From NCBI GenBank assembly GCA_964106645.2, contig OZ067053.1: a stretch of 64,000 bases of DNA. One strand, 5' to 3'. Numbering within the stretch: the stretch's first letter is position 1; each line of letters starts with the position of its first letter. Below, piece by piece: positions 50,651-63,075 of this stretch. The DNA is from Podarcis pityusensis. Lineage: Eukaryota. The position numbers and the translations under genes were made by a program. Under the pieces are notes generated by a model. That model searched no databases. It was not told the DNA's origin and saw only the letters and a list, made by a program, of their open reading frames with translations.

Positions 50651-50996
50651 AAGGTAAAGGAACCCCTGACCATTAGGTCCAGTCGTGGCCGACTCTGGGG
50701 TTGCGGCACTCATCTCGCTTTATTGGACGAGGAAGCCAGCGTACAGCTTCCGGGTCATGTGGCCAGCATGACTGAGCCGCTTCTGGTGAACCAGAGCAGC
50801 ACACGGAAACGCCGTTTACCTTCCTGCCGGAGTGGGACTATTTATTTGCTTGCACTGAGTGCTTTCAAACTGCTAGGTTGGGAGGAGCAGGGACTGAGCA
50901 ACAGGAGCTCACTCCGTTGCTGGGATTCGAACCGCCGACCTCCTGATCGGCAAGTCCTAGGCACTGTGGTTTAACGCACAGCGCCACCCGCATTCC
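50651..50996 (-). mobile_element. Sauria SINE
   Basis: Flanked by TCAGGTTGTATAT, at the same paralogous site as 27638. Confidence 0.85.
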
Positions 50997-52665
50997 TTCA
51001 GGTTGTATATATGTGTATATAAAATACATATCGTAAAGACACCACAATCTCCAATGGGCCTCATTACGAATGGAAAGACGAACCCTGGGAAACACTTGGA
51101 ACCACTGGAACCTCCCACCACTTGGAGATTGGGGTGGCTTGCAAAAATAGGCTTTGTGCCTGCAGTTGCTGTCAAGTCTAGCTTCTTCCGCATAGAACTT
51201 ATAAGAGAAAAATAGCAAATTTGAAGTCCCCCCTGAAGTACTGCTGGTACTGCAGCTACAAGGACTTTTATGCTTTTCCCATGATTCTAGACATGAGTCT
51301 GACTGGTTTTGCCTTTGCCCTGCTCCTTTCCCCTGGAAAACCTGCTCTTCACCCCTCAATTGGAACAACCAGCAATCCGTGGAAAGTCCGACTACCATAT
51401 GCTGCCATTCAGCAGTAAATTGCAGGTTTTCCCTGGGGAAATAAGCAGGGGAAAATGGAGCGGTGCCCTTCCATTTTGATCAAAGTTGTCGTTTTGGAAA
51501 GGCTTGTGAGTTTATATCTATTTAGATCCTTTTTAGGAGATGTGAAATATTACAGACAGGCATGCCAATTGTGGAGTGGGCTGCCTAAAATATATTGTCA
51601 AGGAGGGGCCAGGCCCCACAAAGAACCCCAGCGGATGTGCGCACCCACCGCGGGGCATGCTTGCGTCACTTTTGCAAGCTGCAGGGCATGTGCACAACAT
51701 ATCAGCACACGCCATGACATTCGTAGGTGACGTCAGAACTGAGTTTGTGCAGCCCTGGGCCTGTCAATCGCAGGGACAAGGGGGTGCCCTTGATGGCAGA
51801 GATGCTATTTTCCAAAGCATACTTTCCCGGACAGTAGGAAGCTGCTGTCACCATCCCTACCGCTTGGGAATTTCCCTTGGATCTTGTCCCTGCTGAAGGT
51901 CACGTGCCTTTTGTTCACAATCTCTGCTCCTTAGAAGCAGGCTGCAGAGAGCGTCTCACTGGAAATGTTCTCTGTCCCAATATGTTCTGCAATATAGTAA
52001 TGTGAGCCTTAATATAGCAGGTGAGGGGAAACGGTGGCCTTTCAGAAACGCTTGGACTCCCATCAGCCCCAGTCAGCATGGCGAATGGCCACACACATTT
52101 GGGCCTTTCTCCAAGGTGTTGCTAAACTCTGAAGCTGCCTCTTGTTTGTCTGGAGGGACGATAGAAAGAGATGTGTGAAGACACTTCCGCAGTAGACAGA
52201 AGTAAAATTTAGAACTATAGCTCCACCCACTTTTTCCTCTGGTCTCTCCTACCATTGGCAGGTGCCCTGCTCAGTCCATGGCTTTAACCAGCCTCTTCCC
52301 CCCCTCCCCCAGACCTGAACAGAGTCTGAAACTAGCATTTTTTTCTCACCAATAGCTTAGAAACCTTTACCTTTTGTAACTAAGCAACATTTTTCATATT
52401 TCCTGACTGGTGATTTACTGCTGGCTCACTCCCGTCACTAACCCATTCCTATTTTACTTTTTTAAAAAGAAAGAAAGAAAATCTGTCCTATTCTCCTCTG
52501 TTTGAATGTCCCACAATGCTTTACAGGAACCTGAAATTCTAGGAGTGGCGTTTGGTTATCCACAGAACACATTTGCATGAAGGGGAAAGCCTTCAGCACT
52601 GGGAAATTTAAGAGAGGAGAGGGCAAGATCCACTCAGAAAGGCAAACTCCCCTGGAGAGCTCACC

Positions 52666-53161
52666 ATGGCCCTCCCTCAATTCATCCTTGCTATTTTTGT
52701 TTACTGTTCAGGTAAGGCTGTGGAGGTGATCTCTTGTTCAAGAGGCCAAGCCAAAGATATTTGAATCTATCCCAGAAACATAGTGCTTTGTGGGTGTTTG
52801 TGAATACTGAAAATGAAACGAGGTCCTCATCTTTGTTTTTTCTGTTGTTGCTTCCCCCTGCAAAGGTGTCTCTTCACAGTCAGATCCAACTCAGCCTGCC
52901 TCTGAATCTGTGACCCTGGGACAAACGATGAAACTCTCCTGTACTTCCAGTAACCGTGGCAGCAACTACATTCATTGGTATCAACAGAGATCAGGACAGG
53001 CCCCTCGCTTTGTGCAGTATGATGGTAGCAGCAGGGGAGAAGGGATCCCGGATCGATTCACCGCTTCTCGCTCAGGGAACATTGGCTATTTAACCATCAC
53101 CAACTTCCAGGCTGAAGATGAGGCTGTTTATTACTGTGGCAGATGGTATGGTCTCACACCC
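52666..53161 (+). CDS. IGLV: Ig lambda V18; leader 52666-52711, exon 52866-53161
   Basis: Octamer at 52571. QSDPTQPAS..QYDGSS..YYCGRWYGLTP. RSS 53162-53200: CACAGTA-23-ACAAAAACC. Confidence 0.92.
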
Positions 53162-55138
53162 CACAGTAATACAAACTGATGTGGAAGTGTGACAAAAACC
53201 TTTCTTCTTCCACCCAAGAGCAGTGAGATGTGAATGCTTAAAAAGAACTTCCTATGCTTTGTGCTTGCAGCTGTTGTCAACTCATGGGTAGATTTGCTTT
53301 ACTGGCCATGATCGGCCATACAGACAGCTTAATCAACACAGATCCCACCACTGCAGGGCACAAACAGAGAGTGAACAGACCCCAAACAAGTTCTTGGTAG
53401 ATCAGGACAGACCCTCCAAGTGTCTCTATTTTGAAGGGACAGTCCTGGATTTACAGAAGCTGTCCTGGTTTCTGATTTGATCCCAGAAAGTCCTGCTTTT
53501 CCTCAGGACATCCCTATGTCCATAGGAGAAATGCTGGAGGGTATGGAGTTATTTAACCCTCAAGCCATCTGAAGACAGCCCTGTATAGGTGTGGAGTTAT
53601 CTGACTCCCAAACCATCAAAAGGCAGCCATGTATGGGAAAGTTTTTAATGCTTAGCGTTTTATTATGCTTTTATATATGTTGGAAGACAGCCAGAGTTGC
53701 AACACAGTCAGTTGCAGGATAGTAGGATTATTATTATGGTATAGGACTTCTCTGTTCTCATTGGAGAAATGTTGGAGGGAATGTTGACAGACAATCAGCC
53801 CCAGAGTCACATTCCCCACCTGGCAGCTTTCCATGGGACCTACGTTACTGGTGGGCGGGGCCAGAGGCAAAGGTGCAATGAAGGGATATTTTACCTCTCT
53901 ACTGTAGGCTCCCTGACCCTCAGGTCTGCCCTGATACTGCAGCGAGTATCCAGATTGGCCTAGCTGGGTGAGACCAACTGCACTCTGCTCTCAGAGGTGG
54001 TTCAACTGGTTTCGTCGAATTGGGCATTGTGCTACAGGGGGTCCCACACCAATGCTGTGGAATGGAGCATGAGGGGAAGGGGCATGCGCCAAATTTTAGC
54101 ATCGCACAGGGCGCTGCTGAAATATGGGAGCCCAAAGACCGCCATTTCTGCTCTCCCACGCAGGTCTCAGGGAGCCTGTTCTTGTCACTGTTGCAGGCTG
54201 TGTGTCTGTTCATCCCAATCTCTGCTCCTCATATGCCAGAAGGTGGCAGCAGAGACTGTGCCACTGAAAAACCGAGAAAGAATGTTTTCTTCAATAAGTT
54301 TAAGAAAGAACTTAAAGCTTAATAATTCTGTACAGTGGGGGTAGGGAAACTCTGGCCTTTCAGAAGTTGCTGGACTCCAACTCCCATCAGCCCCGGCCAG
54401 CAAGAGCAATAGAAGGATGCAAAGAGCAGGCGGACCAATCGGCCCCTTTCTGTGCAGGAGGACATAGACTAGCTGCCCAGAGTGTGCAGCTTGGTTTGTG
54501 CAGCCCTGACTAGTGGGTGTTCTTCCTCTCTTTTGAACTTCTCAATCATTTGTTTCACTGATTCATTTCATAATATTTCTACACCACTTGATTGTATTAA
54601 AAAAGCCTCTAAGCAAGTTACAAAAAGATAAGAAAAGAAAATGAAGAAGAATTCACAACATTACTTTAAAAGATAAAAAGTAAAAATACGAAGACAGACT
54701 GAACTTTCTAAGACATTTTAGGAATTATGAGCTTTATTTGTTCCTACACAGTCATCTGTCTATCCAGCCCGGGTTAGGAATGGTCCCAAGTGAGATGTTC
54801 CACACAATAAAAACCAACCTATTAAAAGCAGTGTTCCCAGGACCCTTCCTGATAGATGTCTTGCTGCAAAGAGTTCCTTCATGGCTGTCTCATAAGACTC
54901 TGGCTGAACTAAGGGCCAGTCCTGCTGCTTTGAGAAATCTCATTTATGCAAATCTGCCCTTGGGCCCTTGGACTGAATGTCCTATGATGCTCTGCAGGAT
55001 TTCCAAATCCCAATAGAGGCAATCGATGATCGCAGGAGATATTTGCATGAAGGGGCAGCTCTTCAGCTCTGGGGGATTTAAGACAGGAGTGAGGAAGTTT
55101 CCTTCAGAAGTTCAAACTCCTCTGGAGAGCTCACCATC

Positions 55139-55587
55139 ATGTCTTCCTTTCTCTTTCTCCTTGCTCTTTTTATTTACTGCTTAGGTAAAGCTGGGGTGAA
55201 GATCTCATGTTCCATTGGCCAACCAAAAGCTTTTATCATATTTACTTATTTGAGAACACTGAAAATGTTCCTTTTCTCAATTCTCTTAAAACAGGTGTCA
55301 TCTCTCAGCCAACTTGCACTCAGCCTGCCTCTGAGTCTGTGGCGCCGGGTCAAATGGTTAAAATGTCTTGTACAACTAGTGATACAGGTGAGCGTGTTAG
55401 CTGGTTTCAACAGAGATCAGGGCAGGCACCTCGATTTGTGCAGCATGAGAGTAGCAGCAGGGGAGAAGGGATCCCGGATCGATTCACGGCTTCTCGCTCT
55501 GGGAACATTGGCTATTTAACCATCACCGACGTCCAGGCTGGAGACGAGGCAGTTTATTACTGTTGCAGATGGTATAGTGACAAGTTC
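55139..55587 (+). CDS. IGLV: Ig lambda V19; leader 55139-55184, exon 55295-55587
   Basis: QPTCTQPAS..MSC..WFQQ..YYCCRWYSDKF. RSS 55588-55626. Confidence 0.92.
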
Positions 55588-56027
55588 CACAGTGATACAA
55601 ACTGATGGGGAACTGAGACAAAAACCTTTCCTCTTCCACCAAAGAGCAGTGAGATGTGAATACCAAAAACAAACATCATCTAATCTGTGTCTACATCTGT
55701 TGTCAAGTCCATCCTACTCTGGATGGAACCAGAAGAGACAGAAAACTCTGCAGTCCCACCTCCTTCCTCACAGCAGGACCTTGGAGCTGCCAGCCCAGCA
55801 CACCCTCAAGTCAGCCCTTCCTTGTGGATCAAAGAGCTGCTTTGGGAAAGTCAGGCTGCAGACTTCATATCATTGCCAGATGGAAGTCTCTTTTAGGAAT
55901 TGTGAGCTATAAGAGAAATGCCACCTGCTGACGGCTAGGTTGGGTCTTCATTGAGCCTATTGTAATGTTCTTCTCATTTTCTGAGCAGTATTATTATTAT
56001 TATTATTATTATTATGATTATTTTTAG

Positions 56028-56181
56028 NNNNNNNNNNNNNNNNNNNNNNNNNNNNNNNNNNNNNNNNNNNNNNNNNNNNNNNNNNNNNNNNNNNNNNNNN
56101 NNNNNNNNNNNNNNNNNNNNNNNNNNNNNNNNNNNNNNNNNNNNNNNNNNNNNNNNNNNNNNNNNNNNNNNNNNNNNNNNN
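56028..56181. other. Assembly gap (N run)
   Basis: Run of Ns after a (TAT)n tract. Confidence 1.
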
Positions 56182-57013
56182 AGATAACACAATCGCTAAT
56201 AGGCCTCATTCCAAAAGGAAAGATGAACCCTGGAAAATGCCTGGAACCCCTGAAACCTCCCAACCCTTGGAGATTGGGGTGGCATGAAAAAAATAGACCT
56301 TGTGCCTGCAGTTGCTATCAAATCCAAGTTCTTCTGCCTCAAACTTGTAAGAGAGAAAGGACACATTTGAAGTCCCCCCTCCTCCTGGACAGCAGTACCC
56401 TGGACCTCTCAACCCAGCCCTCCATCACGTCTGTGCTCACAATCATCACCACCCCCTGGGCTGGATGGAAGCAGGAAGGCAGACAGGTGGGGGATGGCTG
56501 GGCATTGTCTAATCTCATCATAAGCATCCTGCATGCAAATCAAGATGTGCTCCATAGATTTTCTGGAAGAGCCATTTAGGCTCATTTGCTACCTTAATTT
56601 ACAAAAGAAGCATCTGTTAGGACGTGGGTTGCATCTTGGATAGAGGAACATATCCCTTGACATATCTTCTAAATTTTCTGCCCAATCTCATGCCCTGGGA
56701 AGGAAGGAAAAGATTTTAACAGCCAAAGTTGGTTGCTTCTGGGTAGATGCAAATTTTATAGGTGGTTTTGTCCCATACCCCCAACAGCAGCCAGGTGTAT
56801 CATTTTCTATCTGTGTCTCTCCATGCCTGACTTCACCTGCCATGAGCTTGCTGTGAAAGGTACAGAAGCAGCAGCGCTAAAATAAATGGAGGGATCTTCT
56901 TCTGGTAGTATTATGGAGGTTGTTGATGGCTTCCTGCAAATGTCGTTCAGAAGCATTGGTGTCACTCTGGAGGAAGAGCATAGCAGTGCTCTGTCTACCC
57001 TAAGACCAGTTCA

Positions 57014-57490
57014 TGTCGGGGCCTGGGCAGTGGAGGAATGGTGGAGACCGCCTCCCCAGCCTGACCCTTCCAGAGAAGAAGAAGACAGTTCAGAATTACA
57101 GCAGGGGTTTGAGGGAGGTCACAGCTCAGAGGAAGATGAGGGGGGAAAGTTGGGAAATGATAGGAGAAGAGGAGGGGGAAGCAGAGCCTGAGCAGCTGGT
57201 TGACATGTTATCACTAGAAAGCATTCCAGACCCACCATCTCCCAGAACCGGCGAGCCTTAAAAGTAGGAGAGCAAAGGACTCAGAAGCAAAGGGCCCTCA
57301 GCGCCACCTGTAGAAGGGATGATGAATGAAGAAGGGGAGGGGAGATATACTTGGGGCAACACCATTATTCCTAGAGGCTGCATTCCCACTCTCTGTAAAT
57401 ATTGAATAAAAAGCAGATGATAAGGAGTTTTACTTGTCTTTTCCGTTCCTGGCAACCTGCCCTGGGGATTGGTTCCTCTGCCACCTGAAA
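57014..57490 (+). mobile_element. Solo LTR just upstream of the V20 promoter
   Basis: TGTCGGG...CCTGAAA termini, internal AATAAA, 5-bp TSD GTTCA. Confidence 0.65.
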
Positions 57491-57664
57491 GTTCATGAGC
57501 TTGATGGCATTCTAGGACTTCTCACAGTCCTTGTGACAGGGAAAGCCAAAAGCAGCTAGAAATATTTGCATACCGGCCCAGGAATTTGCCTCCAAGTGAG
57601 AGATATAAGAGAAGAGATGATGGGATAGCAGGATGAGAAGCAAGTCATGGGTGTCCTTGCTGCA

Positions 57665-58072
57665 ATGTTCTGGGTTCCTGTGGTTTTGTTCCTGGAGACA
57701 CTTCTCTCAGGTGAGGTTACTTCAGCGAGACAGAGAAGAGTTGTATCAGTTCTCACTCAGGTGGTCAGGTAGGAAAAGGAGAGAAATTCAGTTTTGTTTG
57801 TTTTGTAATGATGAACTACCTAACGGACACTTCTCAAACCGATAGACAGCTATCTTTTGAAAGGCACGCTTCTCTGATTTGTGCAACGCAGTTCCGCAGC
57901 CAAAGAACACATGTACCAAGCTGCATATATTTGGGAGAACTGTATATCAAAATATTGACAAAAATAACATGAAAAAAATGCATCATGTATTTGTCCATGT
58001 TAGGCAAAACCATGTACAAAAATGTTCATATCGAGAGAAATTAAAATGGTGGTGAATTGAATTTTTGCAAAG

Positions 58073-58106
<34 letters not shown>

Positions 58107-58583
58107 AGCTAATTGTTTTCACAATATCTTTTCTTAAATATGAAATTGCTGTGGAAATGTGGAGATCTGAATTTAAGAAAAGAAAGGCAGAAAGAAAAGT
58201 GACCGATGAGTCCATCTCCAGTGGTCAGTAACATTCCCTATTATTTTCTTGCAGGTTCAGAGTCTCAGGTTATTGTTGTGACTCAACCAGCCTCAATGTC
58301 CGTATCCCTGGGATCAACAGTGAAGCTCGCATGTGCTGTGAGCAGCGATTTTAAAATCAGCAGCGAGAGGGTGAGATGGTATCAGCAGAAAACGGGTACC
58401 CCAAGCTTTCTCTATCATTATTACACCAGTAGTGACCAGGGCAGGGGCTCTGGGGTCCCAGAGAGATTCAGTGTCTCCCCTGATTCCTCCAAGAACCTCT
58501 GGAATCTAGTGATCACCGGAGTTCAAGCCGAAGACGAGGCCAATTATTACTGCAGTACATGGGACAACAGGCCACGCGCGTAC
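57665..58583 (+). CDS. IGLV: Ig lambda V20 (long-CDR2 family like V2); leader 57665-57710 (alternative ATG 57647), exon 58255-58583
   Basis: Octamer at 57564, TATA near 57603, leader MFWVPVVLFLETLLS, YYTSSDQGRG, YYCSTW. RSS 58584-58622: CACTGTG-23-ACAAAAACC. Confidence 0.9.
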
Positions 58584-59880
58584 CACTGTGATCCATCTCT
58601 ATGGGGAACTGAGACAAAAACCTCTTACTGTCTCGCAGGGCACCAGCAGGCAACTCTGAATACAAGGCTGTACAGCTGTCTAATGCCTTCCTGAATGACT
58701 AGTGATTTGATGGTTGTTCTGCACTGCTTTTGAAGAGTGTTTATTATTATTGTTGTTGCATGTCGAGACCCCACAGCCACCCCCTCGTTGGGAAATAACT
58801 CACACCAGGACACAGATATTAGGTTTATGTTACTGGGCAAATTTTGGCCACAACTTTATTGAATTACAGAATGTGATCGGTATTGGCTTAGGCATTGATT
58901 GAACCCGACTATATCTGACTGCTGCCCACTGTGCAGAAAGTCCAGTAAGGGTAGGCCACTGGTAGGGGGAGCCCTGTTGATGAGAACCAACTCAAGCTCC
59001 CCTTGGTGTTCCCGTCGGGGTCGTGTCAAGGCCCTACCCCCCAGCCGGGCCTCAGACAAGATCAACACCCCCGGATTCCTTTAACGGAATACCCTTAAGC
59101 TTGGAGGGGCAGGTGATGGCTACACCTCCCCACACACAAGGTCACATAATGCCTAACCGCAACCCTAATAAAGTTGTGACGATTGCTACGAGGTAGGCGA
59201 AAACCAAGTGGCCAGTGCCAATCTGCCAAGTGGAAAAATTCCTACCAGGACCCTTGGACAATCAAGGCGACCAACGGAAGTCCATAGCAAGGCCAGTGCC
59301 TAACCTGCAAATAGGGAGGGAGGGTGAGTGATTGAGGATGCGAGCCAAAGGTTTAAACTCGCTCCTCGGTTTAAACTGTCCCAGCCACGCCCCCCGGCCA
59401 GCGGATTGGCTGGCCAGGCTCTGACGTGGCCGGGATCCCCCGGGCAATGGGGGACAAAGTCCCCCGCCCCCGGTGGGGAGTGGGTGGCCATGCGGTCCAC
59501 CACAACTCCTCCCCACTGGGAAGTGGAGCGGATTTATTATAAAAAATGTTGCTCTTCTACACCATCCTTTGCAAGAGGATAGCATATTTATAAATGTTTT
59601 TGCCTTTGTCCCCACCACTCCACGCTTGAAAAAGTTTTGTTAGACCAAGGAGCAATTAGAAGAACCCAAAGTTGTGAATATTCTGTCTGAGATGAAATCA
59701 GGAACGCTCTTGGTTTAAGCCCACAAGTGAGCAATGATGCTTAAACAACAGCCGAAGAATAGGAAGCCTATTTGCATGCATTTGAATTTTCCTCTTTGCT
59801 GTCTTAAGTGCAAAGAGGAGAACTTTGTTTTCAGAGAAGCCTTTATCTCAAGAAGCCAGTTTTCTCCCCATTTCCCAATC

Positions 59881-62059
59881 ATGGCCTGGGCTCTTTTCCT
59901 TCTGATCCTCTTCAGTCACTGCACAGGTAAAGGAAACTGATTTCCTAATGTAATCTTTTTCTGTATATATCCTTTCTATCTCCCAGGGAGCAGGCTTTCC
60001 CCCCTAGGCCAGTGTTGCCCAAAATTGGGTCTCCAGCTACTTTTGGACTAGAATTCCCATCAGAAAATATTCCTCTATGCCACAGGAGCAGCAAGGATCC
60101 TAATTGCTAAAAACTGGAAGAAAGAAACAAAGGAATGGCAAGACAAACTATTAGAGTAAAATGAACTGGCTAGATTAACAGAGGCAATTAGAGATCACAC
60201 TAGACAAGAGTTTCACAAAGCATGGGGGAAATGCAGAGAATACTTCACAAAACAGTGCCCTAAAATACATACCTGGACTTGTTTCGATTAATGTCTGCAG
60301 GAGCCTTTGTGGATATTTAAGTTATAATTAGAAAAATCTTAATAACTATTCATAAAGGAAACAGTTTATAAGGAGTAAATAAGGAGGCCAGATACAGGAT
60401 AATGGAAGTCTTTTATTTGGTTGTTTGTATTGTTGTATGTTATGCTCACTGTATGTTATGTTCACATTTAATGAGGGTGGCTTTGTGTATTGGGGGGTGG
60501 GGCGGTTTGTGTTATGTTGTAAATAAAATTTCAATAAAATTGAATTTTTAAAAAATAGAATTCCCATCACCCCTGACTGCTCTTTCTAGCTAGGGGTGGT
60601 GGGGGTTGTAGTCCAAAAACATCTGGAAACTCAAGTTTGGGAAACACTGGGCTAGGTCTTAGAGCAGTGGCGGGGAACCAGTGGCACTCCAGATGTTGCT
60701 AGACTCCAGCTCCTCTAAGCCCCAGCCAGCATGGTCAATAACAAGGGCTGATGGGAGTTGTAGTCCAGCAGCTTCTGGATAGCCACCAGTTCCCTATCCC
60801 TGCTCTAGGTCCTAGAGTGCCTAGTTCATCATTTCTGACCACTGACCATACTGATGAGAGTCTAGCAACATCTAGAGCAGCGGTTCTCAACCTGTGGGTC
60901 CCCAGATGTTGTTGGACTACAACTCCCATCATTCCTGAGCTCTGGCCTTGCTAACTAGGGGTGATGGGAGTTGTAGTTCAACAACATCTGGAGACCCAAG
61001 GTTGAGAAAGGCTGATCTAGAGGGCCACAAGGTTCCCCATCCATTATCTAGACCAGTGTTTCCCACACATGGGTCTCCAGCTGTTTTTGGACTACAACTC
61101 CTGAAATATACTCGGAGTCGAGTGTGGATTTCATGCTCTTTATTCAGCTCATAGTAGTGAGGAATGAAGATTCCTCCAAAATATCTGCTTTATATACATT
61201 ATTTACACAATGGGCCGCACGTGATTGGCTAATTCCGGGATTCTCCTGTGGGCCAATCAGGTTGTGGATTCACTTCCACCTGGAGCTGGATTGGGTGGCT
61301 CCTGCGGACCAATCAGACTGCTGCATTGTTCTAGGACCAATCAGACTGCTGCATTGTTCTAGGACCAATCAGACTGCTGCATTCTGAATCCTACTGTTCT
61401 AGGACCAATCAGACTGCTGCCTTTTGGATCCTATTGTTCTAGGACCAATCAGACTGCTGCCTTTTGGATCCTATTCAACTCAGTACATAACAACTCCCAT
61501 CATCCCTAGCTTGCAGGACCAGTGGTCAGGGATGATGGGAACTGTAGTCCAAAAACTGCTGGAGACCCAAGTTTGGGAAACCCTGATCAAGGCCTTCTTT
61601 GTCCCCCTTGGCTTTCTACCCCTTTGTCATTGCTTGAAGTGAAAACCTGCATGGTGCCTATGCTTTCTTTCAGGGTGTTTCGCCCAGTTCGTGTTGATTC
61701 AGCCACTGCTCTTATCAGCATCCCCTGGAGAAACCATCAACATCTCTTGCACCAGGAGCAGTGGAAACATTGCGAGCTACGCTGTCTCCTGGTATCAGCA
61801 GAAGCCTGGCAGTTCCCCCAAGCCACTGATATTTGGCTTCAGCAGCAGATCCTCCGGAATCCCAGAGCGATTCTCCGGTTCCTTTGACGAGTCATCCAAT
61901 TCTGCCACCTTAACCATCTCCAACCTTCAAGCAGAAGATGAGGCTGTGTATTATTGCTTGTCGTACGACACCACTGAACAGCCTACCATGTTTGCGATAC
62001 AACCGTACACAGGAGTGGGAGAAGAACTTCCCGAGAACGGATTTTGCACTTTCGATTAA
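59881..62059 (+). CDS. RSS-less V-lambda-derived gene V21 (candidate VpreB-like), 143 aa; leader 59881-59926, exon 61674-62059
   Basis: Octamer at 59770, leader [15 protein letters not shown], intact V domain with both Cys and Trp. No heptamer. Open tail ending GFCTFD*. AATAAA 62250-62255. Confidence 0.75.
60063..60555 (+). mobile_element. L1 3' fragment nested in a MITE
   Basis: [24 protein letters not shown] tail, 14-bp TSD TAGAATTCCCATCA. Confidence 0.8.
61102..61492 (-). mobile_element. Solo LTR with tandem CCAAT repeats, nested in a MITE
   Basis: TG...CA termini, 5-bp TSD ACTCC, minus-strand TATA and AATAAA, five copies of GGACCAATCAGACTGCTGC. Confidence 0.7.
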
Positions 62060-62725
62060 GGCTTGCTGACTTACAATTGCAGGAATGGGAAATATTTTAA
62101 AGGTGTTCCCACCCTCCCACCCCAGCTTATGAAAAGCTTTGTGTTTTTGCTTGTAATCTGATTGTACCTTTCTCTGGTTTCTCAACACATCTTTCTGTCT
62201 GCATGTTGTAAAATTGCAAAGATCCTCAAATTATCTATCTATATATTACAATAAAGAGTTTGTGAATGTTTATTCAAAACCTGCCAAAGAGTCCAGTTCA
62301 TTTTGTTGCTTCTTCAAATATTTTGTAAAAGGTTCCCATTCATCTTTAAAACCACAGTTATCCTTGTCACGTAGTTTGTGTGTCATAATGTTTTACTATG
62401 TTTTTATGTATGTGGGAAGCTGCCCAGAGTGGCTGGGACAACCCAGTAAGATGTGTAGGTTATAAATAGTAAAAATTATCATGATGGAATGGGACGTCCC
62501 TATTTTCATTGGAGAAATGTTGGGGGGGTCTGCCATTGCTGCTACATGGGTGATGGATTGAAGAAAAGGAAATATGAATTGTCCCTGCCCCATAGCTTGA
62601 CCAATCATGGCTAGGAGTGGCTAGGAGCTAGGTGGAGTCATAGATATAAATAAAAGTGTAGACATGTATTCACTGGGCAGCTTCTGTTTTGACTTGAAAT
62701 GTTCATTTTGGACTTCTCAGAAGTA

Positions 62726-63075
62726 AAGGTAAAGGGACCCCTGACCATTAGGACCAGTCGTGGCTGACTCTGGGGTTGTGGCGCTCATCTCGCTTTATTG
62801 GCCGAGGGAGCCGGCGTACAGCTTCCGGGTCATGTGGTCAGCATGACTAAGCCGCTTCTGGCGTACCAGAGCAGCGCATGGGAACGCAGTTTACCTTCCC
62901 GCCAGAGTGGTACCTATTTATCTACTTGCACTTTGACGTGCTTTCAAACTGCTAGGTTGGCAGGAGCAGGGACCGAGCAACGAGAGCTCACCCCGTTGCG
63001 GGGATTCAAACCGCCGAACTTCTGATTGGCAAGTCCTAGGGTCTGTGGTTTAACCCACAGCGCCACCCGCGTCCC
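62726..63075 (-). mobile_element. Sauria SINE
   Basis: TSD CTTCTCAGAAGTA. Confidence 0.88.

Larger units (their letters stand above)
60010..61585. mobile_element. Cluster of hAT-like MITEs at TCTAGA-like sites in the V21 intron
   Basis: About four palindromic units with GGACTACAACTCCCATCA/TGATGGGAGTTGTAGTCC and CAG..CTG ends. Confidence 0.7.

Noticed and set aside
58700-59540. GC-rich segment between V20 and V21
   Set aside because: Probably a retroelement fragment, but I could not define termini or a TSD.
61300-61475. Repeat-spacer pattern resembling a CRISPR array
   Set aside because: Eukaryotic DNA, and the spacers are near-identical. It is a tandem repeat within an LTR.
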